64,000 bases of DNA. Source: Acanthaster planci (taxonomy: Eukaryota). Shown here piece by piece: positions 30,301-42,300 of the stretch. The number at the start of each line of letters is the position of its first letter. Position 1 is the stretch's first letter. The stretch lies in the NCBI RefSeq assembly GCF_001949145.1, contig NW_019091360.1, forward strand, positions 3,284,864-3,348,863, given 5' to 3'. Under the pieces are notes generated by a model, which did no database searches, was not told the DNA's origin, and worked only from the letters and a program-made list of their open reading frames with translations. The position numbers and the translations under genes are program-made.

Positions 30301-33300
30301 TTGCTTTGGCATTCCCATGATAGGTAAGACATTGTTTTGCATTTGAACCTTAGGTGATCAAAGATCACAAGCTGTTCATGCTTGTGACATCATCCACCAT
30401 GAGCACCGCGGTGGCATCAATGCTCTGGTCAAGACCCCCCAAGACTATTACCAGCACCCTGGCATCAATGCTCTGGTCAAGACCCCCCAAGACTATTACC
30501 AGCACCCTGGCATCAATGCTCTGGTCAAGACCCCCCAAGACTATTACCAGCACCCTGGCATCAATGCTCTGGTCAAGACCCCCTAAGACTATTACCAGAA
30601 CCCTGGCATCAATGCTCTGGTCAAGACCCCCTAAGACTATTACCAGAACTTAACAGAGCATCACAAGAACAACACAAGACCTCCACTCTGGATACAAGTC
30701 GCAAGCTATTCAAAATGAGCTGCAACAAAAGCATTCCTTTTTCATTGGTAACCCCATTACTCGCGACTGGTCTAGCGACCAGTTTTGTGATGGCCTCAAC
30801 GACAACGGTGTCTTGTAACTACTCAGGGAAACTGATAACTAGGGGGAGTAACAATTTGTGTCTATTGCAACAATCCATCATGACCAGTGCACATTATCTT
30901 GAGAACAAATCTTGCTTCAGCCGGTGCTCTTCAAGAAATGCTAGCAAACTCCAGCATGCCTGACATTATATCTGTACTACCTATGGCCGGCGCTCCTACT
31001 CAGCGAGCGAATGAAGACAAAAAGGAGTAATGCCAAATGAGTCAAACACCACCAGCCATGCAACCACTCCGGCTGAATTGAACTCTTACTTGTGCGAATG
31101 TCTTCGCTGAACATTACAAATGGGCTGATGGCGTTAATCAGAACTTCATAGATCCGGGACGGTTGCAGGTTTGTGAATTCATAGTTGACCGGTTCCACAG
31201 CCCCAGCCCCAAATATCTGGCAAACGGAGAGAAGATAGTATTAAGGTTCATTACGCCTGAACTTAACCAAGGTTAGAAAACCAGAGCACTTCCCTGGTGT
31301 GAACATTTTCTTAAAATAAAGGTCAGATCTGCTTTTCTTGGCTGCAGCTTGTAATGACACAAAGGTATATGATAGAGGCTGCAGGTGCTTCCCATAGAGC
31401 TGTGTGTAATTTCAAGCTGCTTCCAAGTACTTCAAACACGGCTAGCATTCAGGAGGGTTTACACAAATGTGATTACACCTTTCCCCCCAGGAAGAATCAT
31501 GACAGTTTTTTTTTCTCAATCCATGCCCGGTACAGGAAATGAACATGAACATGATTTCTAATTTCAAGACGTCTGTTGAAGGAAGGAAGAGAGAGGTGAA
31601 AGTTCAGCGTGATTAGTACCTCTAGATTAGAGCCTGTTATGGATGCCGTATATTCTGAGGAGCCGACAGGGGCCCAGACTAAGTCTGCAGATGTTGAGGT
31701 CAGTCTTCGCACCAACAGCTGGCCGGTTGGTACCGACGCTGAAAGGACATCGGAAACAAAAGAAGTGACTGGGCTATACAAGTGAAGACACAATGGAAAT
31801 CCAAACTTGCACTCATGTTTTGTTAGACAGCGTATGGTTGTATTTCTTGGCTTGCAGTCTGTCCTGCTTTGTAAGCATTTCGCTAAGTATTAATTGGCAT
31901 GTATTTGCTTACAGGTTGACTGGGTGTAAGACGCTGGTTCGCTGACGCGTTCCGAGTTGCCCACCCCACTCACTGCTACAACCTCAATGGTGTAACTGGT
32001 GTTGGGATACAACTCAGTGAGGTCAAAGTTCGTCGTGCTGATTATATCGGACATGAGCTTCACGGTGCCCTCAGCAAAGTACGAGACCTAATGCAGGATG
32101 TGGAAGTACAACAATGTGAACTCATAGATGGAAAAAAGGTTGCAGAAAAATGGTGTATTCTTAATAGTGTTGTGGTCGAGGCCATGACAGGTCCTTTCGC
32201 AAGACCAGTTCTATAAGTAACAGGGTGAGCTAGTAAGGGGATGCTGTTTTCAAAGTTCATTTAAACAACTTGTGACATTCCTTAAGACTCAAATGGCTTG
32301 TGACGGGCCTGCAGGGACTTGTGAAGGATCCAACCACAATACTGGATTCAGCACACAACACAGAGTTACGTGTTTCTTGATGAATTGAATGCGATGCCTC
32401 ATAAACGGAACAGGTTACGCTGTTCTGAGTCCCTAAAAGTATGAAATCAGCATTCATAAATATACCTCAGACAGTCTCCCTATTCAACAATGCACAACTT
32501 GACCATGTATATTATTGATGATGCCCGGTGCATAAAACACCTGCTGATACCTTGATATGAGACAGTTTACTCCATCCCTATTGGTCATGAATCTGCCACG
32601 CATCCGCCAAGTCCATATAAGGAGATTCTTTTAGACAACTTACACAAGGAATATACCATAAAATGGACAGGGGTGTTTGGGAAAAAGAAAGTAAAATTCT
32701 AGAACAAAATCGTTGGAAATCCATCATACACTGACTTTTTTTTACCATCAGAATAAAAAAAGGTATTTATAAATGGGAATAAATATGTGTGTGGCCAAGA
32801 CCGGCTTGGGAGACTGAATGCTGATAATGCCCTCACCTGTGGCTTAGGCATTAGTCGCGTCCATTCTCCTGAGCCGGTCTTAAATGCATGTTTAAGACTG
32901 ACCAATCATATATTTATGCCCTTATTAACCCCTGCCTTCAGAATCCTCCATCTGCTCAAGGCTTTGGCAACCCCAAAACAAAGATTGACAGTTCACTCAA
33001 GATGATCTCAAGGGGAAAATTTCATCCTCTGCGAGTGATGAGAGTGACACCTGAACATCGTCTCCCAGGCTTTAATGCTGCTTAATGTTGCTATCAAACG
33101 CCTTGGCTTTGGGTGAGATTTCAGGCGAAGAGGAGTGTACGATATTCAGGGCAACAAAGACATTAACAACAGGGTGTGACCACTCACCAGGTATTATAAG
33201 CACTGATACAGTGTGACAGAGGTTACAATTGCAAACCTTACCTAAGACACACATAAATAAATGCTACACAATCATCAAAGGTTAAACCACTTGCCGCTGG

Positions 33301-36300
33301 GGATTCGGGTTTCAGGCACGTATTCTTTATACGCATAGCCAGTGTCTCCAAAATCGGACAAAGGGAACTGGGCCTTGTAACAAAAGACCGTACTCGTAAC
33401 AAAAGACCAGGCTGCTGGGAATTGCCAACATTTATTCACTCTCAATAGTGGAGATAATCCAGCCTTTTTTTGAAACAGTATACAACGGTTTGGGGCATTT
33501 AGTGCGAGCGGATTACCACCGGGGACAAAAGCGCTCTACCACCGCAGCGATGAGCCACACAGTACCGCTGCATACTAAATCTGGCCCCTATTGAAAAGAG
33601 GTCAGTTTTGTGCCAGTTTCTTGAACAAAAGAAAATTACTGAACACCCCACAATCTGGGCTCTTTTTACAAGGCGGCAGGCCTGGCTGAAATACTCCAGC
33701 GTCAATAGATCTTGTCCGTCAAATTAAAGTAGAAACCACACAGTCCTTCGTGTGGGTGTCCAGTAAATGAAGATATGAATTTTTAAAGAATTTTGAAAAC
33801 AGAAAAAAATGAAAATCACCCCGTCCCAGCATCATCAACATTCATAAATGCCCCCCCTGGCACGATGTGGTTAAGCAGCGGACTCTTGATAATGTAAACC
33901 CGACTGTGATTTGTACTTGGCTGCCATGGAGCAGCCCCAGGAGGGTATACATGGACCGCTTACCCTATAGCCTGTAACATCTCCACTTGGTGCGGTCCAT
34001 CGTACGGACAGAGACACAGGTGTGACGGAACCTGACAGTGAGGGAGTGTTTGGATTCACCGGTGGGTTTGGGACTGAAAAGAAAGAAATATTTCACAATC
34101 CAACATTATTTTGAGAAAAAACTTTGACCAATTAAGAGAGAAACACAGAGCTCTATGAATTTAAACAAATTAATATTTGCACCTGCACCTTTGTGTTTTC
34201 ATAAAACATAATTTTTGTGTACAAAAAGCAACATTATGATACTTCAAATACTGTATTAATTCTGACAAAACTTATGTCACGGTGTTCCCTAACCTTAACT
34301 TTGGAGTTGATCACAAGCGTGAAATGTAACCTGGTTGGAATTTTTGGCACGGTTGGAATTGGACTTACAGGTTCGATCGGTGACTTCTCCAGACACGTCT
34401 TGTACCCCGACCGCCACTACACGAATGGTGTACTCTCTTCCCGGGGTCAGGCCTGAGAACGTGGCCTCTCGATTGTTAAGATCAATTGTTGGGACTCCTT
34501 CACTGGGCGCGATGGTAACAGTGTGTTGTACAAAGCCATCCAGGCCAGAGGCATCCCCCCAGAAGATGGTGATGGTGGTGGTACTCACGTCTTGAACAGC
34601 AAGTTCTGCTGGGGCAAGTTGAGCTGCCGGCAAACCGCAAACATTGAATTCAAATAATCAACAAGTCTGGGGTGTGTTTTTCGCAACGTCTAACCAGAAA
34701 CATGTCTGTGACATCAAAGCATGAGACAAAATGTGAGGCAGTGACATCCATGGTTCAAGAAAGCAGACAACATAGTTGAAAGATATTTTTTTTCACCCTA
34801 AGATATTTTTTTTCACCCTAAGATTTTTTTTTCACCCTAAGATATTTTTTTTCACCCTAAGATATTTTTTTTCACCCTGGTCAACACAATTCTTTCCACT
34901 GCTGCTCTCTCTTTCCGTTTCGAGGAAAGTACACGTTTGGTTCACAGCACGTAACAGCAAATTTGGAAGGACATAATTAACTTAAAATTTGTCCACTTGC
35001 TTTCTGCCATTTGGAACCGGCTATGAACCAATTTTAATCTCCACTTCTTGTCCAGTCAAAACAGTGACATCACACTGGTATCAACTGAAGTGCAAAAGCA
35101 CTCAACCAATGACCACCGCAAAAACATATTTCTGGGTTTGAGTTAACCTACATGGTAAACGTGTAGTTATTTGCATTGGGAAGGATCAACAATTAATCAT
35201 GTGGGTACAAGGATGTCAAAACCAATGACTTTGTACCAAAGTTCACATGACAGCTGTTTGTAACCCACATGTCAGCCAGCCTGTTCAGTATTTAAAAAGC
35301 GCATGCTCAAAATGCAATGTGTCATGGGTCATTCAAGAACATTAAAACGCGCGTGAAAAAGCAAACTGGTTCACAGGACATGGTCGCAATATACGACCAG
35401 TGGCACTGCCAGTCGGAATTAGACGCAGCCAGTAAGACTCATCTTAGGTTTGTGTCGATGGGTTTTCTCTGCCATGTACCTGTTCGTCCAGTGGCACTTT
35501 GTGGACTGCTGTATGTCTCTTCACCTTCAGGTCCACTCACAGAGACTACGTAGAACGTGTAGTTAGTCTCCGGCTCCAGTCTCCTCACAGTGAACCGAAG
35601 AGGTTGGCTCTTCTCTACAAATCCTGCCGTAATTTCAGGACCACCTACTGTTCTGTATGATATCCTGTGAGTGTGTGTTGGGGCAAATGGGACAGGAATG
35701 AATAGCTGAAGGTGAGCTCGAACCCGTAACGTGTGGGTTGCAATTCCGGGAATCCCATGATATGTCAAGAACCTACATGTACATCATCAACACTGCTTCC
35801 TAGCTTTTAACCCAATTCCAACGGGGCTTTGCAGGAGATTATTCTAACCATACGACTTTCATTGTTTGTTCATTACACCATGGTAAGGTGCTTCTTATAT
35901 ACGTGTCGTTTACTCCAGAACTTAGTTATGGTCATTAAAACTGATGATACTGGAAGCTAGTTGGTTTTCACTTTACAAGGCAATTACCTTATAGACATCG
36001 ATTACAGTAACAACTCAGGCTTTTGGCCTGGTGTGGTTAACTCATACTTGTGAATGAGGAAAACATCTCATAAGATTGACTGACCACCTCTACGGAGTTC
36101 CTTCCCGGCAATTTAACATTTGGGAATAATTTCACCCAATACTGACAGCACCAATGTAAAGCTCAACTGTCAAGAGGGATTCTGGTGTGCGGTTCCCTGT
36201 TTACACAGTTGAATGCAAGAGGTCTTTACCTGTATCGATCAAAGATGGGATCACCCTGGAAACCAGACCAGGTTATATCTGCCGTCAGAGCTGTGGTGGC

Positions 36301-39300
36301 ATTTACCGTCACTGCAGGAATACTTAGTGGTACTGCATTATAAAACAGAGATCCGTATGAGAACGTCAGGAGAAATCCGCATTTATTAAATGTGTGAATG
36401 ATCGGCAAGTTCTGACACTTGAATACAACACTTGTAAGCTGGAAATTTGCAAAATTTGCTGGCATTTTTTTTCTGACACAAACCAATGGGAACTTTAAGT
36501 CTGTTCTGGCTTTTCCAGCCAACTTTACCCAAGTGTGAGAGTTTTCAAGAGGGTTGACAACCATGGACCCAAAGACTACTCAAGGTGGAGGCAACAAACA
36601 AGACAGAAAAAAAAAACAATTTCAGAGCGGGGTGGAAAGTTTGGCCCAGAGAAAATTAATCTGGCAAAACCAGGAGTATCTTGGGATTGCAACCAAGAAT
36701 GTTCAGACAGTTTATGGGTTTCACAAACAGCTATGTCTCTTGGCGCCTTTCAAAAGTATCAGCTTGGAAACACGGTCATTCCACAAATGCCAAAATTCAT
36801 CCCCATAGAATGTCAGAGATACATATAATTGACTCAAAGCTGGCCTGAACTAAAACCCCAAGAAAATACAAAAAAGTCACCTAATGTGATCGCCTACTTT
36901 GTGGGAAGCTATCAATATATGAGCAGTTTGGTTATGTACCTTCAAATTCATTTGTAATTTTACCGAATGTACCTGACAGCTATGCTGCATCTACCCATCA
37001 AATCTACCCTAACCCTAACCCTGGCTCTAACCTTGACCCTTGACCCCTTGACTTCATATGTAGTGCATATTTTCCTGACAGGTTCGGTAACTTTCATCCA
37101 ATCAGATTTTGACATTCCTCAAGGTATTGATGAATATTTCAAAGTATGGCCAAGACATACGTGTTCTCTGGACGATGCTGCTCTGTTGACTAGACCCGGC
37201 GATGCTGTAGATGAGAGAGATCGTGTATCTCTGGCCGGGGGTTAAGCCCCTGATTGTGTAGAAGCGAATGGTGTTGTTGACTGCTGCATCTGTCGGCGGG
37301 CTGGTGTCAACGCGGAGAAGGTAAGGCTCCATGGCATTAGACAGGATGCCCCAAGTGACTCTGATTGTAGTGGTGGTTACGTTCTTGATGACAAGGGCAC
37401 CAGGCGACGTGGCTGAGTGCAGCAAGAGGAATACAAATGTAAAGAGTCAACACGACTGAATACAACATAGCATAGGAAATTGGTAATTGACCCGACATTC
37501 ATAAATACCTCAGACAGTTTTTCTATTCCTATTGGTCGAAACCCGTCACACAACCGCGTATTAACATTTGATAATGCCCGCTGCATGCGTAAATCACGCG
37601 CTGGCACATGGATACCAGACAGTTTAATTGGGTCTGATTGGTCAGGAGTCTGTGAGCACGAGACGCACCAAGCGTGCGCCAAGTTCATTGAAGGGGATTC
37701 TATTGGACAACTATCAGAAGGAATATACCATAAAATGGACGGGGGTGTTTGGGAAAATAAAAGTAATGTTTTCAAACAAAATCGTTGGAAATCCATTTTA
37801 TGTTGACTTCATTTGACTCTCTGAATAAAAAGGTGTTTATGAATGGGAATAAATCTGTGCTTGGCCAGTCTTAGACTAATGTTTTAAGACCAATTCAGGA
37901 GAATGAACCCTGACAATGCCCTCGCATGTGGCTTGGGCATTAGCCAGGTCCATTCTCCGGAGCCGGTCTTAAATGCATGTTTAAGACCAGCCAAGCACGT
38001 ATTTATTCCCTTATTCACAGTGGAATTAGGGGAATGCTCATATTTTCAATTGCAGTACTGTTTACACTTGGAACTGTGGACTGAAAAAAGAAAGTCCCAC
38101 AAAGTCTCACGTAGAAATCTATGAAGATATTTTGCAATACAAAATAAACATTAAGAAATTCCACCATGATGGTCACACACACATAACAGATTTAGAAGTT
38201 TGGATTTAGATTTTTTGTCCGGCATAGGAAGTTACCAACATTATATCTCAAGGAGCGACATATAGGCAACAATTTGGATAGGCATGCCATGTTCTGAAAG
38301 TCTCATTAAAGCAAAAATACCAGTCCTTTCGGTACAGCTTTAACTGAGCTTTAAAATCAAGCACAAAGGCAGACGGAAACTCACTTGTCCGTTCACAGAT
38401 GTCCATCGGTGCACTTGGCAAGATGTACAGAGTTGTTGTTACTGTGGTCACAATAAATTTGTAGAGTTTATCTGGGGTGAGGCCCTCCACCGTTGCTGAA
38501 GTGACATCCTTGGGGACTTGGAACTTTTCCTCCTGTTGGCCATCTGGGGGGTAGTACTCCACTTCATAGTACTCAAAGTTCTGGTTGAGTGGAGGAAGCC
38601 AGCCAAAAGTCACAAAGTTGATGCCCTTGTTTAGCGTCTGGAGGTTCCTCACTGGTTCAGATCCTGACCAAAACAAGATGCTGTCTTCAATGTTGGCAAA
38701 TTTAAAATGAAGAACAAAATCTTGCCCATAACCCCATAAATAAAATACAAAAGATGAAGAGAAATAGGCAATCCACGTAGGCCTTAAGTAAGAGTTTTAG
38801 CTGAATTGGAATTGGGCTTTTGGTCAGGGTTGTAAAAGTAGAATACAGGCCCCAAAAGAAAGAGGTGATCGCTAAAATTGGCGAGATGAACTGGCTATCA
38901 TTTGAAAAGGAAAGAATGACTGGTTAGTCTACAAAATGGTCCGTCAGACCCAGTGGGCCATTAACTAATGCTTTTACCAACCAAAAAGCTGACATACTGG
39001 TTTTAAATCGCCCTTCAAATTGTCCATCAGCAACTGTGTTGGCATCAATCCTGATGTAGTAAGGCTGTCCAGGCTGCAAAGGAACGGACGGCGTGGTTGT
39101 CACTGAAGTCACAGTGTCAAATGCTTTGTAGAAGACTGGCGTGTTCAGATCATCAAAGATGATCTCGTGGTAAGCTGTAGGCCTCGGGGGTGTTTCCCAG
39201 ATGTAGGTCAGATAAACCTTGAACTGAGCATCACCAAAGTCGACAGGAAGCCAAGCAAACCCTAGGGATGTTGAAGTGTGCCGGAAAGGGTAGAGGACCA

Positions 39301-42300
39301 GCGTGGCAAGGTTACCTGAACAAACAAAACAGGGATGGCTAACATGTCATCTAGTTTCAAATATGATAAAGTGTTTTTCCATTTCTGAAGAGAGGAAAAG
39401 GTTCAACTAAATTGGACGGTATTCTCTAGCTGGTGAATTCTTAGAGGATCGTTTCACGGACTAGAAGATCCCCTCTCTGACCAAACTGACTTTTTCATTG
39501 GTGGCAGTGAGCATGCATCTGCTTGACCTTTAGGATATTTCTACCTCAGCAGAAATGCACACATCAATATTTTATTGAAAACATTTAACAACCCTGCATT
39601 AAAGTTCAATGAAAGCTGTCTTGACCCAGTGGCTCGGTATCCAGAAGTGAAGCAGGGTCCAGACAACTCCCTTCATGCTTCAGGGAAAATGCCGACAGCC
39701 AACATATATCATTTTGGATTCATTTGCCAACCGAAGCTCTATTTCCTAACTGGAATTAATTATTGGGGGGCGTGGGCCCCCCTCCCCATTGCTACGCCCC
39801 TGAGTCAGACGAGGGCTCTGTGTCTAGTTTATCTCCAATGGAAACTACCTTTGTACAATTCATTTGGCTTAATCCCAAAACACATCCCAGTCATGTCACA
39901 GGTGGATCATAAATCCTCACCGGTGGATCACACATCCTTACACAGCTATACTTCTGGGGTATTCCCTTTGTTCTTGTGTGCAAAACTCCCGCACAACACG
40001 CACACATTTTCACATCACTCCCATTTGCACCAGATTCACTTTCCTACTTTGGAAATTCGACTGAACGTCCCTTGTTTAAAATACTTCATTTTGCAACGGA
40101 TGAATGGCACTTGAAAATTCCTCCTTTTTGAGTAAATTTGAAATATCTACTTCGTGAAATCCTTCTCGAGTACCGTCTCAGTACCCCACAAGTACCCTAT
40201 GGGGTACTTCCCATTGTTCCGGTACCCCACAAGCCCCTCTATACACGCGTATCAATCCACAACGGCGGATCAATCAATCCACACCGGCGGATCATCAATC
40301 CACACCGGCGGATCATCAATCCACACCGGCGGATCATCAATCCACACCGGCGGATCATCAATCCACACCGGCGGATCATCAATCCACACCGGCGGATCAT
40401 CAATCCACACCGGTGGATCATCAATCCACACCGGTGGATCATCAATCCACCCTGACTTAATCATCCCAACACAAGGTACAGTCACACCCCATAATATTGA
40501 TTTTTCCATTACACAGGTAAATGGTTTGATTGGCATTTTATCCATCCACAGGCAAATTTCTCAACTCACCTGTGACGTTGGGATTTATTCACACAGGAAT
40601 TTTTAAAATTTTTAAAAGAAACTGTCCCAATGATTCAGGATTTATTCTGGCACTTGCACTTTATTTGACTCACTCCTTTACTCACTAACTTATTCTCACT
40701 CACCAGTGAATCCAGTTGCAGTGGTGGGAACGCTCTTCTGTTCCGGGAAAGTGCCAGCAGCTTCAATCACTGTTTCCACAATGACATCAACGTTTGTCAT
40801 TGCTGGGAGATCATCCAACAAGAGTTGGTTGGTTGGGCCAGGTGGCAGCTTTCCAGCAAAGATAGTCACACCCTCCATATTGACATAAGACACCTGTGCC
40901 AATAACAGGTTAAATCATCAGCACTTTGAAATCAAGGGTTCCACATCAATCACCATTCAAAGAGCATTTTTGTGTCTTTTGATCACATCTGCGTGTTCAC
41001 ATGGTGGACAGCACCAAAAGACTGGTTGTGCACTCAACCACTTGTGGTGTAATAAGGCCGAAAGCATAAAATGTATTGACAGGTGCTTGAACTGAAATGG
41101 TTCAGCAATAAATGATGCCATTAATGCCGGTGTTATCAAGAGTCAAGTCAAGTTACAGCATTCGTTTGCCTTCAGTATTAAACAGTGCTAACCAGAGGTT
41201 AAGACTCAGGAAGACTGCGGCTGAGCATAAAATAATAAAGCTGAAGCCAAGGCTTCAGAACCTTGCTGGGAATTTCAAATCATGTCAAAGAACTGAACAA
41301 AATTACCTCAAAACGATCAAAGTATCCAACAGGATTGGTCCACTGGACGAGAATCTGGAAGTCTCCGCTATTACCAAAAGAAATCCCCGGAACTGCGGAT
41401 GGGTCTGTAAATCGGGAAATCCATTAAATGTAAAGATCGATAAAATTTTATACATTACACACGCCACTTTGTCTTGCTGGCCAAGCTACATGTTTCAAAA
41501 TCTCAGTAACAGACGACGATATTGCCCAGGTCTGGTAGGACACTAAAGATGTCCACAACAAATCTTTGCACAAGGTCTTAGTTTTGCAGCTGACTTCTGG
41601 AAATAATCAGAACAGCAAATTCGCAACTCTTGTATCCAAATGGCGTGCATTAAATGTGTCATGTAACTTCACTGAAGCCAGGATATCCCAGGCTAAGGAC
41701 GTGTGTCTGGACCTGATCACTTGGAGTAAAGTTTTGACCACTAATGCTCATGACAGGGTCACCAGGCATTCAAGTAGATCCTACTAAGAGACCTCAGCTA
41801 CTGTAAATGGCAAATGGTCCTTTACAGTTTTGTTTGAGACATAACTGGTGCAGTTTTTACCACTTGGCTATGGCTGGAAAGGACACATGCATAAATGCAT
41901 AAAGCCACTGTCAAGGTGCTTCCATAACTTTGTGAGCCAAGTCGTTTGAATTTTGCCATGCTGAGATAGGTCTTTATGGCACTGTATGAGTAATTAACCA
42001 TTTGTAAACACTGTTGTTTGCGGCTGACAATATCGACCACTGAGAAATCCAAGACATACCTGCAGTCTTTTGAAATACACCCAAATGCCACGGATACTTA
42101 CTCCCAACAATCATTTGAATCGTACTTTTTACCCAACCCTCATGATTTTTTCAACAGTTAAGCTGTGCACAGAGGCCAAATTTAAGTTCAACAAATGGTC
42201 TACCTATTTGGTCTTTGTATGTGAATTAGCATATTAACTTGTCTGCCTGAGGTGAGTTGGGGGGAAGCATCTGGCCGTGCCAGTCCATACATAACAGACA

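Noticed and set aside
37005..37050. Telomere-like (TAACCC)n
   Set aside because: Only 2-3 perfect units, degenerate, a common simple repeat.
40138..40606. Repetitive ORFs (IINPHRR / SSIHTGG / WIDDPPV) and the 30354-30653 ORF
   Set aside because: They are open only because the 21-bp and 48-bp units lack stops. The flanking FN3 exons join correctly without them and keep the super-repeat register.
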